From the NCBI RefSeq assembly GCF_964355755.1, contig NC_092674.1:26598001-26662000 (forward strand): a stretch of DNA of 64,000 nt, read 5' to 3'. Every line of letters starts with the position of its first letter. Positions within the stretch are counted from its first letter, which is position 1. The position numbers were made by a program, and so were the translations under genes. This DNA is from Antedon mediterranea (taxonomy: Eukaryota > Animalia > Echinodermata). Positions 1 through 14,700 of this stretch are shown piece by piece. The notes under the pieces were generated by a model. It had not been told where the DNA came from. It did no database searches and saw only the letters and a program-made list of their open reading frames with translations.

Positions 1-1459
1 ATTTTTAATAATGAAATTCCTGAATCTGTTTATACAAACGATTGAAATGTTTTGCAAATTCAAAGTCTTTGTCTCACGAACAAATTGATTAACATCGGAG
101 GACATACAATGCCTTAGGATGCAGCATAATCTAAATTAAATCTGTGTAAATTTCAAAGAACAATTGTACAAACTTTTTAACAAGACTAATCAAGTCAAAA
201 ATGACCTTAGCTGAACTACTGAGGGCAGCAGATGTTTAAACAGTCTGTGTGGCTTTGTCCTGTTTAAATAATTGAAATTAAAATTTAATTTTGCATAAGT
301 GCTGGAATGAGAAAGATGTTTTTAAACATTCCTAGTAGACTGCCCATAGCAATCTTGTTTTAAGAATACAGCTGTTTGATAGAATTTTTATGTTCACATG
401 ATAATTAGAAACAGGCGTAAAATGCTTGTACCTTCACTCTTTCAAGGCGGTTATTATCACACCATGAACGACGATGAAAAGTAATTTAGTTGGCGATTTT
501 CAGGAACAGTAGGTGTCAGCGGTAGCACAGGTCATCGTACGGATGACTGATAATAGTTCTTTATTATTTGAAGTGTGAAATTGAATGAAAGTTTTTGATG
601 TATTTTGGGTATCTACCGAAAAAACACTTGAATAAAATTGTAACGATCTACAACAGCAATTTAATTCATGTTCCTTCTTTCAGTTTGATATCCATGTATT
701 GCTGTAACCATTTATCTATTTTTATTAATTTTATTTATAATTAATCCATTAATTTAACAATTTATCAATGAATTCTTTCTTTCATTAATAATTTTCAATT
801 TTTTACTTCACAAATTTACATTCTTTCATCTATTGTTTATAATTTTACCCATTTAATTTACAAATTTTTTATTTTTTTTTTCAATTATATCCATTTTAAT
901 CTTTAATTCGCTTATTCATTTACTAAATCAATCCTAACTATGCTTTATTCTCATTTATTTTTAATATACATCATTCACTTTTAGCCTTTAATAATCGGAA
1001 ACAGACCTAAAAAATTTAATTGCTTAATGAAATATTTAATTAACTTTCATATTTAACATTTTTCGACAGTTCCTTATTTCTTTTTTTTTTGTTTCAAAAA
1101 TTTTACAGAATTTATTTGATTTGACAAATTGTTTTCTTTACTCAAATCAGTTTGTCAGCAGTTTGAAACAAACTTGTCATCCACCTACAGAAATTTTAAT
1201 AAATACTGACAAATAACGGAAATATCCATATATGGAAAAAAATAAATGAACACGTTTAAATTGAAACAGTTTAATGTTTATTTGTTGAGATTTGTTGGGA
1301 AATGATTAAACATTCTGCAGAGTACTTGATTGAAAACTAATTCCGTGACAGAACAAAACGTTTTTGTACTTTATTTCAACAAAACTAAAAAAAGCTGGAG
1401 CATTGCGCTTTTGGAATTTCCCATTTTCTTTTTTCTGATTTTATTAAGTAAAAAAGTTA

Positions 1460-1601
1460 GGCTCTGTGTACACTATCAAACTTTATGTAAAAAAAATATG
1501 TGATGTGCCCATTATGGACATAATGATGGCATTTCTCTACCATATTTGGGCATATCGCTACCATATTTGGGCACATCAAAATAGTTTGATAGTGTAGAGC
1601 T
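1460..1601. mobile_element. MITE family A (PIF/Harbinger-type), degenerate copy
   Basis: TIR (A/G)GCTCTGT.TACACTATCAAAC...GTTTGATAGTGTAGAGCT; internal CATATCACTACCATATTTGGG units. Confidence 0.8.
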
Positions 1602-2184
1602 TTTAATTCGATTGGCCAGATCCAAATATACAGTAACCTTCACTTACACAATATTTACATTTGAACAATTTTCCAATATTTGTCAGTTTGTTAATTTCGC
1701 GCAAGATTCTAGTTTAGTTTGCTAACTCATTTCCTAAGTTAAGGTCCTTTAAGCGCACTGGGGACAGCTTTTACAAGGATGTTGAGAATGTTCTTGTGAT
1801 CTGATCACCATAAAAATACTTGTGATGCAGATAAAGTTAAGAAAGTAATCAAGAAAATTGTTTATACTAGGAAGTTAAATGTTAAGAAAGAAGTGATGAG
1901 ATTTCTTTTGGGAATTATTTAATAATTAAAGTATGACGTTTAGGATAGGATGCTTAAATTATAATAGAATAAAATGTAAATTTGTTTCACATCGCGGTAG
2001 GTCCAGTTGAGTCTGCCTGCCAGTTTGCTTTCCACTTGTATGAAAATTCAACAATATAATGGATGTAAGTTGACCAATCACAAGTTACGTTTCAGATGAC
2101 CCATCGCATGTGAACCAAGCTTACAGTCTTGACACCTCATAGTGGATACCCAAAATTTATTAAATAGCTTGTTTTTTAATCTAA

Positions 2185-2410
2185 AGCTCTGTCTACACTA
2201 TATCAAACTAGTTTGACAAAAAACCGTGATGTGCCCAAATATGGTAGTGATATGCCCAAAAATGGTAGTGATGTGCCCAAAAATGGTAGTGATTTGCCCA
2301 AATATGGTAGTGATGTGCCCAAAAATGGTAGTAATATGACCATCATCATTTCCATATATAAGCACATCACATTTTTTTGTCACATAAAGTTTGATGGTGT
2401 AAATGGAGCT
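2185..2410. mobile_element. MITE family A copy with expanded 21-bp internal repeat
   Basis: TAA|AGCTCTGTCTACAC...GGAGCT|TAA; about five GTGATGTGCCCAAATATGGTA units instead of two. Confidence 0.85.
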
Positions 2411-5400
2411 TAATGCAGTGTAGGCCGCTACCTATTATTAGTGCACACCTCTCAAAGCAAGTAACAAACACAACTTTTGACCATACTACTGTACATAATT
2501 TGAATTTTTTTAAAGAATGTTCATCAATTTTTTTCACCAAGCTAATTATCGTTTATTAATATAAAAAGGTCATTATGTTACCTTATACTAACTGTTGAAG
2601 CCCACATTCCTTTTAAGCATCCGTCCCTACAGTATCATGTACTTTGTGGATAGTGTAAAAGTCGAGGAAGTTTTCTGTAGGGGCAGAGACTCAAGGAAAT
2701 AGCTTTCAACTGCATAGTTGGATATTTAAGCCCTAGCGCATACTTGGCGCCACATAGTTAATTCAAATGAATTTTTAAACATACTTTAAATTAATTTAGA
2801 AATATGATAAAGATACTTTTAGTGATAATATTAAAAACTTTAAGCGGTTTTGAAATGAAAAAAAAACGCGACATTGCAATATTGTAGTTTGCTTCTGTGA
2901 AGCAAATTGTTTGATAGACGATATGTCTACTTTTTAAAAATTCTCAGTATTGTTGCGCAAACCAAACAAATTATAATTTCAGCAAGGGAGGTAAATTATT
3001 TATTAAATTGTTCATGTAATGTTGTGATCTTTCCTAATTAAATTACTAATTTTTTGTTCATTTTTACCCCTGGTAATTGACCTTTTACCCATATGATACT
3101 TCTGGTTAATTTCAAACTCTGATATAATCCATTAACGTTATTATTTGTCTGCTTTTTAAGGAGAGGGTGGAATTTAAATATTCTTTAGAGGTTTGTCAAA
3201 GTTTTGATAAGAATTAGTGAAAATTAAGTAATTGTTATGAATGGTGCTACCAATTTGTGAATATCCGCAAACTTCGCTTGGGAATTTGGAAGCAAACTCA
3301 TTCTAGGCCCCTCATGTCCCGAAGGAAGTTCTCCATGTTGAGGGTCTGTTTGGGGACAATGAAGGGGTATATAAACATGTAAAGGCCTAGTATGGAAGGG
3401 GCTTAGGAAATAATTAACATATGTACTTTTACACTTATACATTTCTCTACTAAACAATTCCGTATGTTTGTACGTTTTCAATAAAAATAAAACCATAATT
3501 TTGATATCATTTTCACAATCTTTGGTTAGAACTCTGTTGGGCAATGACCAAGAGTTCAACCACAGAATGACAATGTTCGTGATAATTTATAAATAAAGGG
3601 TTCGTATCTTATATCGCCCCTTATATCACTACTCATAATGATGAGACCGTTAAAATTTATTTTTGAATTTTTAAACAGCTACGTTAATTTGGCCCTTATG
3701 TTAAACACATGGCTGTTATTATGGCGACTTCTTGTTATATCAAAAACATGTTGTTTTCATATTAAATATTCTAAAACGGACAAGAGGTTTTAGGGCCATT
3801 GATGGAGAAATACCGCTGATAAAAGATTTTTAATTGTTTATGACACTTGACCTGATGATGATATTGGTTAAAATTGTTCATAAAAGAAATAAAAATGACA
3901 AACCATTATGTGTACTACAAATATATATTAAATCCACAGATTTTGAAAGTACAGTACGTAATGTAAAATTTGTGATATTGTACTGTTTTACAGATGAAAT
4001 TATTGCCTGTTACTAAGAAGACACATGTTCGAATCCCACTGAGTACACATTGTTAGACATAAGACATGTTAAGAAATATAATTTATTAAAAAATCCTCCA
4101 TTTTTTAAGTAACTGACTGTTGCTGGCTCTCCAGTTATTTTTATTTCAGATTGTTTAAAACTAAACATTATACATATAATTTATAATCATTTAAGAATGA
4201 TTTAGATTATAGAACCAGTGAGTTTTCATTAATTAACTTGTTGACAGTACCTGTCCCTGGGTGCCAATAAATAAACTCAATTTCATGATGTATCTGCTGC
4301 CTGGTCTCACTACTGTCTCACTAGCGTCTCACCACAATGTATACGGTGGATTATCCGATTACCGGTATATTCAATGTGAAGGGTTAGAAAGACATTTCTT
4401 GTTGATAGAATGCTTTGGTCTGGTTGATTTGTCTTTACCAGACTTTAAACCACTGTCAGGATGTAGCTGAAAAGGGAGGACAGATCATGATTCCTCTGGG
4501 AGGGCCCAACTATCTTATTCTGCTGGTGAATGAAACCTTCGGGGACAACGTCGTAGTGACTGCGTGCTCTTCCGTAATTCCGTTTGTGTCATCTATGGAA
4601 GGTTAACAACCCTCTGCAAATTGTCCGCGTAGGAAAACTGGATAAATGAATTCCCTATGCGGGAAGTCGTTCATTAAAGGTGCATGGAACAGACATTCTC
4701 GTAATTGCGACGGCTACGTGATTCTGAAATGAATACATAATTTTAATTATTACGTTCTGTCAGTTCTGCTAGCCAAATTCTATGATACATTTTTTATTGA
4801 AGCTGATTTGAATATTCAAATTATATACAGAATTAACAGTGTGAAAGCCTGTACAATAAAACGCCTTTGTTTAACACCTATAATTCAAATTCTAAGAAAT
4901 AAATAATTTCCACTCAAAAATGTGTCAAAATATGAGCGTCATTGCCTTCATTAAATAATTTTATATCTGTTATTCACCGACCCCAAGGCATTGTCAAAAA
5001 TTCCAGTTCATAGTCTCATGGCGAAAATTCTAATTGTTTCTGACAAAACTAATCCTACTGTATGTCCTAATTGAGATATTTCACAAAAAATTGATTGCAT
5101 TAGTAAGTGCGTATTGTCATATTCATCTGAATATTAATTTCGGAATTTTTATGAACTCTCATGAGAAATAACAATAGGCTTTACAGGAAATTCTTTTGAA
5201 GCTCGCGTCAATTACATATTTTGACGGTTTTCTACTCCGATATGCTTTCTGTCTTTTTTCCAACAGGTGAGATGAGTTTTACCGTTAAAATGATTATTAT
5301 TCAATTTACCTTTTAATGCAGTTCATTTAAAGTTAATTTCTAAGTTCGGCATGTCTTAAATACTTGGAACCTTGTTTGTGACACGATTGAAGATGTGACC

Positions 5401-7813
5401 AGCAATGTCCAGTGGGTATAATTTTGTGTCAATTATTAAGTAAAATTTAATTTAAAACTTATATTCATCTTTTCTATTGCATAAACAGTTCTATCTAGTT
5501 AATCCGGGAAAAATAGGATTCTTTATTCAGTTTTTTAAGTTTTTCTTACAAACTTTGACATACTGTATCGACATTTTATTTTAAATTAAATAGTTGTACA
5601 TTTTTATAATTACATGTTTTGGTATAATCTAATTTTTTTTTGGTGTGGGTTTGCAAGCAGAGCTTTTTTAAAATTATATAACACATTTTTGACATAACTA
5701 AACTAAAAGTTCTAATTTTTATTAGATAGCTTTTAAGTGGAATAATTTCAGTGTTCTTAACTACTGTAAATGTCACATGCTTTTTAACATGACCCCTTCT
5801 AACCCCAACACCATCTTTTTAGTCGACATTTATTTTTTAACGTTTAGATGAGTTAGCAAGTTTTTGGAATGGTTCCATGAATGATGTGTTACCCCCCATC
5901 GGGGTCAATGTACTTATTCATTATCTGAGATACACAGGTCAAGGATAGGTTTCTTATCTCTGGTAAAAACTTGGCAAGTTTATTTAACAGGGGTAAAAAC
6001 CAAATTCCTCTTCTTCCTCACCTGTTCCCCCTCCTCGTTTATATACCTGGCACATGGTTATCTATTAAGGTTTACTGAAATATAGCTAGACATGTATCCT
6101 CAATTAGTAATTATAAATTAATATATATACATATTCCGAATATTTATATAAGTTTTTGATCCCTGTTTACCATATTAAACCATTCTATTGACCTCTTCTA
6201 CACTATACTTTCAAAGGATATATAAATTTAAACTAGACACGTGTCTCATTTAATTATAAAAAAATGGAGAATTAAAACATAACATTAATTTACAACACGT
6301 TAAAGGAATCATATGACATTCGGTATGATGTCCTATACCTGTAATTTAATTGGATACGTTCATTTACAGTTAGATAATTTTATATATAGCTTTTGATTTA
6401 CGATGACTTGTGTATGAACTGCTATAAATGGACGTAATGATTGTGCCTACAAGTGTATCAAATTTCTGGATTTGTTTGGTAATCCGCAGGGATGTAAAAC
6501 GGTAGGATGAGCAGTAAAAGGGACAGACACACACTGACACGATGAGGAAGCGTTCAAATCATTTCAAAGCAAAAGAATTTAATTTATAATTAGGTAGTTT
6601 GCGAGTCTCGTGTTTTATTAGTTGAATTTGCATTGATTATGATATTTGTTTTTTTGTATTGGAGGTTATGAAGTAGTCTTGTTGGTGGTAGATGGATTAC
6701 TGGTAATCCTGGTAGGCTAGAATTTAATTGGCCCTTAGGGGATGAGTTATGGGTAGATATCATATAATCCATAAAAGGGGTTACGAATTAAAAACATCAC
6801 CATCTAAAATTAGTAACAAAAGTAATTAAAACTTAATAGTTATTAATTAACTTTTTCTTTTTGTTTAGGGAGTCATTAATGTGTATATATGTGTTTTTGA
6901 GTCATTATTATAATGTTTGTATTATTTCGAGGAAATGAGGTAGCCTAGTTGTGATTGTAGACTCGTGGAACAAGGGGATTCACCACTTGTCATAGAGTCA
7001 CTGGCTCCAGAGGAATTAAAAGAACGACTCCAATATAGGAAATCTAGTATTTAACTTGACTGTTGGCCATGACTGTTAATTTGTGTCGTATCGTTATCTG
7101 CGGCTTAACGTTAATCACATAGCGAGCTAAGGATGCTTTCAATCAGGCTTCGTACGCGTTGAGTCGTGGGCCAAACGTCCGAGCAAACGTCCTGACAGTT
7201 TTAATTTGTTTGTTTAATTGGCAAAAGTGCATTTGACGAATTTGTATGAGTGTTTTATTACGACTGTAGAATTTTCTGATTTGTTTTAATGAATAATTAT
7301 GACTATTCTTCAGATTACAATCAGTCATCAACAATTTCTTTAGTTTCTTAAACTTTTTTTGTTTTGCGACGTAGGTGTCAACGGAGAAGTGCCATCCGTT
7401 TTTTCAACTAACAGTCTTGAAAAATATATCCTTAATTAAGATGATATGAAATGATAAGGCTATACTTCCTGATATCTATTCCTTCTTAATCCCCCTGGGG
7501 TGTGGGGGAAGTTTGAAAACTAATTTCAGCAATGATCAAATCTTAATCAAAAATATTTATGAAAAATATGAATTTATTAATTTATTTTATTATTTATGAA
7601 ACATGTTTTACTGATATGTAAAACAGTATAAATTCTTTTAAATTTTCTTTTTAGAATTGCAGTTTAACAACGTTAATCTGGTATTATTTTCAATAAATTT
7701 GTTAAAATAAAAACAGAAAAAGAAATGCAGTAATATCATCTAACTAAATATTGATTGTCAGCATATGCTGTTTAGGGTCACCCTCTATAAATAAGGAGTA
7801 ATAAAAAAACACC

Positions 7814-7837
7814 TATATATATATATATATATATATA
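7814..7837. repeat. (TA)n microsatellite
   Basis: About 12 TA units. Confidence 0.9.
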
Positions 7838-8237
7838 GAATAAGAACAATGTTTATTTACAAGTGAGTAAACTTAATTATTAAAAACAAATATTGATAAA
7901 AACTTCATTCGTCTTATAATTAAATGTATGTTGATTGTTATCTGAACAATTAGGTACTTGTTCTAATGAATGCTGCTACTAACGAATCGGTTAATTGGCT
8001 ACAATGATACTGATCCACATCAAACAAGGATAAAATTAATGAATGTAAACAAATCCTAATTAATTGTAAAGAGATATCAGGAATCCAAAAGGCATACTTT
8101 GGCATCTATTCGGTTTACCCTTTGGGCCGAAGACGGTTGATAAAAGAACCGCTGTCCTGTTAAGTTTCTTTGCTTAGCGTCAAGGTAAACTAATAAAAGG
8201 TGTATTGAAACTCTTTTGTTTATTGTAAGACTATATC

Positions 8238-8332
8238 ATGTTCAGATTAGTTTCAATCAAAATCATTTGTGTGCTACTAGATAGCTCTTTTCTATGCCTA
8301 CGTAAACGGCACCCCTCTGCTACCGTCAACAG
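8238..8332 (+). CDS. Candidate alternative first coding exon of the RhoGAP-START gene
   Basis: ATG at 8238, open for 31 codons (MFRLVSIKIICVLLDSSFLCLRKRHPSATVNR), ending AG|gtacgt in phase 2, matching the acceptor ccaccag|G at 8831. Confidence 0.4.
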
Positions 8333-8702
8333 GTACGTCTAATTGGTGCATAGCGATCGTAGGAATCATTACTGAAATCCTAGTGAGCTGATTGAAGAAA
8401 CTCACTAGTCACATGTGCAGGCTGTTTCCTTATATGGCAGGCTCAAGTGTCAGTGTAGGAAGTAGACCTAATGTGATTTGCTCACTCAGCAGACGAGTTT
8501 AAAAACTTGCTTGCTGTAGCGGATTGTTGTCATTGTAGTCGTCAAACTCAAAGAGCAAGCTTCAGAGAGTAGCACTGCGAGCGTATAGTAAAGTTAAACA
8601 ACTTTTTACTTTCTTGTTCACCATACACAAACTTTTCAGGACTATAAACTAGAAAACGTTTTACGGTGTTTAATGTGTTGTTGAGTAAAAGACGAACTCA
8701 CT

Positions 8703-11700
8703 ATGGATATTATGACTTATTCCAAGATTCAATCGCTTCTCAGACTTTTAAGATTAGGGAACGAATCCGATGTTTTTGATACTAAAACTTTTACTCGTAA
8801 ATATGACCGAACTCTTACTTTACCCACCAGGCCGTTCCAGATCAACAACATGTCGGTTGGACAATTGATGTACGTACGAAAGTTATCGTTACTTAAATTA
8901 ACTGCACTAATGGAAAGATACTCGGTTTCTCATCGAAGCGGTTGGAGTTGGTGAGTTGTTTTTTATTATAATTAATATCTGTGGTATTTAATATTTGTGG
9001 TATTTAATATTTGTTGTATTTAATATTTGTGGTATTTAATATTGGGGTATTTAATATTTGTGGTATGTAATATTTGGGGTATTTAATGTTTGTTGTATTT
9101 AATATTTGTGGTATTTAATTTTTGGGGTATTCAATATTTGTGGTATTTTTATTTACTGTGTTTATTATTGTGATATCTGAATTTTTAACAATCTATACGG
9201 TATATATTAAAAAAAATTATATTCAGTAATGTATAAAATACTATCAATATGGGTTATGAATTAAGAAGGGATACTGTTTATTGTTTATATTTATGAATGG
9301 TATGAAATTTTAAGAAAAGTTAACCATTTGACATTTCCATAACATAGTCTGTTTGGTTAAAAAACATAGTATTTTAATTGGAAAAGGGTGCTTTTCATTA
9401 GAACTCAATAAAAATATTTTGGCCTGTCCCCAATAATCATAAGACATTTTTATTATTATATTTTTACCACATTGTTGATCTTACTTTTCATTATAATTGA
9501 GATATTTGAGTAAAATATGTCACTGCCTTTGGGATAGTTACATTTGATGTGTAAATCTCAATACATTATCAAAAGCGTTAATATTTCTTTTGGCACGTAG
9601 ATCTCGGTGATCTGAAACCCGACGAACCCAATCTTATTGTTTGTGTGTGGTAACAGGAATCTATACTCCACATTAATGCACGACCTCATTTGCCTAATAC
9701 AATTTCATAACACCTTCCCAGATGAATTTCTGATTAAAATAAACCTGTAAAGTTGACTCTAAAGTATCAAGACTTTAGGCTATCAGTATGACGGAATACA
9801 GTACAAGCACTAATTCAAAAGCACCGCGTTAACCGCCCTTGGGTAATCATAGTGTCGTATTTATTTTTTTTCTCCGTCTAGTAGATACCATGAGAAATGA
9901 ATAATGCGTTAACTGATCCCCGGGGATAAGGCAATTTCTAAAACACTTGCAGCACATTCTAAATGTTAACCTTAATGCTTCTAGTCAGTTTATGATATCT
10001 TTAACATTTTCCCATGACATATTGATGTCCTTAAGCTAATAGAGCTACTTTGATTGTTTCTCAAGACATGTATAATATTTCAAAAATGTCACCAGTAATG
10101 TGCTCAACAAAAATGATTATTAGCACGATAATTACTATGTTTTATAAATATTTTAAAGGGTTATACCGTACATACCATAAACACAATTAATAACTGTCTT
10201 GCTCAAATTTAATAATATTTTAAGAAATACAGTAACAGTCTAATATGACACAAAATTATGTTTTTTGCAATAATTTTATCTAAAAATTAAAACTCAAAAT
10301 AAGACCATATAAAGAATTATATGTTTGTGTACTAACATAATTGACGTATTAAAATATTATTTCATTCATTTTTTAATATTTTAATGATAAAACACAGGAT
10401 ATCCAAAAGTAAATATACTGTTTTTTTGTTTAACTAAATATTTAAAATTTATTTAAAGTGTAAAAAATTGATAAGATTCTGACTAATTATTAATATTATA
10501 AATTTCCGTCAGTTGTAATTGTTGTTCTAATTTCAAAGCATTTAGGCAACAAACTTTTAACTTGTCAATAAAGATCGAAGGTCGTTTAATTAAAAATACA
10601 AGTTTTATACTTTTTTCCATTTCCTATTATTTTTCATACTGTTTTTCTTAAGAAAAAAGCCTAAAGAGTAGTGGCACTGTGGGTGGGTGCTCGCTTGTTT
10701 ACACAGGGTTATTGGTTCAAATTCTGTCACAGGTTCTCCTGGCCTATACAGCGCCACAACCTGTGTCATTAAAGCCTCGTATGAGACTTGATTTAGAAAG
10801 AATGGGTTTCCTTCCTGTATTTTGCAATTCATGTATTTCACTGTAAATCAAAATTTGTTAAAATCAATAAAAACACAAATCAATTTATATTTAATGAAAA
10901 TTATTTTTTTAATCTTTTAGGATGATGCCACGATTTATGAAACGAATAAAAACACCAGATTACAAAGATCGAAAGGTTTTTGGTGTTCCTCTGTCTCACT
11001 GCTTACAGAAAACAGGCCAGCCACTTCCACAAACAATATTATATGCAATGAGGTATTTAAGAAGAGTGGCGAAAGATTCAGTCGGTATTTTCCGAAAACC
11101 GGGAGTGAGATCACGGATACAACAAATAAAGAAGATTAATGAATCAAATATAGGTAAGTTTTTGAAAAATTCAGTTATTTTTAATGTAAAATGATATAAA
11201 CAAAATTCTCTTATAATACCAGACTTTCTGAAAACTGGAAACTCTCCCCAAAATTCTTGAAAACACATTCGGAATATCAAAATTAAATCATATAATATTA
11301 GGTCAGCTTAAGATATTGAGAGAGTAGGACCATTTTTATACATGTTTTTTAATTTCACATATTTTTTATTTTAAAGTATAAATTTACATATCCAAAAGAT
11401 TTCGAAGATTTTTTCTCTATTAAATAGAATTTCTGGAAATGATTATTAATAGTTGATTTTGTCACAAGCATTGCATTATTTCATTTATCTTTGGTGGTCT
11501 ATGTCTTGGTATTAAACATCTCTTAGACTTGTTGGCTATATTATTTAATCAGTTTTAATAGCCTTGTGGTTTTACCTTATAAAAGCAGACTATCGCAAAG
11601 TAATCACCTACGATACTTAAACCCATTGAATCACCACTATCAAAATAAAAGTCACAGACAGAAATTAAAGAAATCCACGCCCCCTGATGGGTCCTACCGA

Positions 11701-14700
11701 CTATCACTTGGTGCCCTCCTTACCGCACAGTGTCCTGACCAGACATCAATTGCCATATTTGTGTTATGACACTACCGTGACGACATTAATCGCATCGCAG
11801 TCATCATTCGGATGGTGGTCGTGTACATTCTTGGCAGATCTTATCGTCAGATGACAAAAGAATTTTATCACTTTAACATTTAAATGTTTTGCAGTCGTGT
11901 AGCGTTGTCAGAATGAATTAGTTTTGTATGTATGAGTGATACCAATGCAACATTATTTTGATATTTATTTAAACCTTTACTTTATCGTAACATATTGATA
12001 AGTCATTTTATAATTATAATTCACTTTTCCCTTTCTTAGATGTTAACTATGAAGGCATGATGGCGTATGATGTCGCCGATATGTTAAAACAGTATTTCCG
12101 CGAGTTACCTGAACCTCTGCTCACATCAAAGTTACACGATACGTTTCTCAGCATCTTCACATGTAAGTACAAAAAAAATAATTTAATAATAAATAATTTT
12201 AAAAATGACATGTTTCTATATAATATTGCAAATTATGTAAAACAAAAAAGTGAAAATGATTTTTAATATAAAAATTACTCAAGGCTGATCTAATTAACAC
12301 CAAATATATTTTACCTAAAAATGCATTTTCTGCGGTTTTTGAAGCATGAAATTATGTCAATCATTTTTGTAGTCTTGTGTGAAAAGTAGATTGTGTTTGA
12401 TAAAGAAACAACTTTTTACCCAGTTGGGAGAACATAGTAGGGTCTCAAACGGCCTTGCACTTAAAATATGACGCTATTAAGGCTAAAAATTGTTACTTAG
12501 CGCCTTAAAATCTCTTCTTGGGGGTCGATTTTTAATGTATAAGGTCATAACTAATAGATAAGAATGATGTTGATGTTGTATAACCGAGAAAAAAAAGTTT
12601 CGCTACATGAAAGAAATTAGAGCAGATATGTAATGCTCCAAGTAATTTTATAAAACTAATTTAAGTGTTAAGGTTAAATATAAAAGGTTAGGAAAATCAT
12701 TATAAACTTTCCAAAGTGAAAATGATTTTTCCAAACTTTCCCGATTGTGAATCAAAAGGGAATTTGTTGATTAACCTGGGTGAATTGAATTAACACCTTA
12801 AGTTCTTCTTATTACTGTTATAATAATAATAATTTATTGTGTTTCTTCTTTTTTTAGCAATGCCAAAAGACCAGCGTTTATCGGCGCTACAAGCGGCAGT
12901 TATGTTATTACCGGATGAAAACAGAGAAGTTTTGCAATCTTTGGTGCTATTCCTCAGCGACATTGCCACTCACTCACAAACAAACCAAGTAAGCTTATAC
13001 AATTACCTAGATTAAACCTAGCCTACAAGCATGCTTTAGGCTCTCTATTTAGTCTAGTATAGTTCATATACTGTCTTACCCTAGCCTGCCTTAACTAATG
13101 CTAATTACTAACTGGCTAGACTAAACCTAGATGCTTTTCCACCTGACTTCAATGAGCCTAGCTATCTCACCAACTGACTTGGCCAAGCATAGCTACCACA
13201 CTACTAGCTGCCTAATTACTAGACTAATTTCTACTACCATTTCTTATTTTTCCACAGTCTTTAACTTTCTTCTGTTTTTTTTTAGTGCAACAAACATAAG
13301 TTTAAAAACATAAGAAAAGAAAAAAACTAAAGTTAATGCTAAATTAATTTGATTCATCTCTCGGGACTTGTGCATAATACGCATGTAGTTGCCGCTTCCT
13401 CAGAACCAAAAATATCCGCATCAATCATTCCGTTTAATTAGGTTATGCCAGCACGGGAAAAGACTTGCATTGCGTTTATTGATATGTGGAACGTGCGGCT
13501 CGAATTAGGATGGAAAAATTATGAAGAAAATATAAATGGAAGTTACTGACAATTTTAGGAAGATGAACAGAACTGATGGATATATAGAATAATTTAATTT
13601 CATTTATTTTCTCACTTCTTCAGATGACGCCATACAATTTGGCTGTATGCTTCGCTCCATCCCTATTCCACCTCAGTCCGTCCCCAAACCAACAAGTCGG
13701 TACAAGTCCTAGACGCACACGCAAAAACTTTTCGCAACGGCCTGAGCAACGAGAGCTTTCAGATAACATTGCAGCAAATGAGTGTTTAACGTTGATGATA
13801 AAAGAAGTTAAGAAATTATTCATGGTAAGTATACTTTAGAAAAAGAAAGTATATTTAAAATGTTGTGGATAGAGATAAACTGTAAATAGCCTATTATTAA
13901 GACGTTGCCCCCAACAAATTTCTATATGTCTACTCTTATTGAGAGAAAAAAAAACAGAAGTGTTATTCATCGAAAAACACAATATTTTCATACACATTGT
14001 AGTCGCCACATTTGCTACAACTTGTTATCGGTTATTTCCTATTGTTCTCCGATAACCATAATTAATTTATTGATAATTTCTTTGATAATTATTCCAATCC
14101 ATCCCATCACTGAAATCCTTCAACATTATAATCCCTATTTGCTCGAAAGGAAATCTATTAAGCTGTTTGATACGTGTGTCATGCAATAGCTGGATCAAAT
14201 TCATTTGGAAATGCCCAATAAAATCACATATCTTTATCCGTAACTATAATGTTTTTTAGTTGTAATAATGTTGTCTGTGTGATTGATTTATTGCTTCCTG
14301 ATATTAACGCAGTAGTTAGTTGTTTCCCTTTATTCCCTTAATTAGTTTATTTATTGGTTAATTAAATACATTTGTATTTGTTAATGCTAAGTATTATCTT
14401 TGTTATGCAATGAAGATCAATGGATGTATATAACATTCATATACAGTTTATGAATGCTTATTTGAAAAACTAAAACTTGTTTGAAATGTTATATTTGTCA
14501 TGTTTGTTATCATACATATTCTTTCACATTAATTTTCTTAAATAATATTTCCTATTTCTTGGTAAGAGTAAAGCTCTGTCTACACTATCAAACTTTATGT
14601 GACAAAAAAATGTGATGTGCCCATATATGGACATGATGATGTCATATCACCACCATATATTGGCATATCACTAACATATATGGGCACATCACACTGTTGT

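Noticed and set aside
2198-2413. Two overlapping ORFs with 7-aa repeats
   Set aside because: Expanded 21-bp internal repeat of MITE family A.
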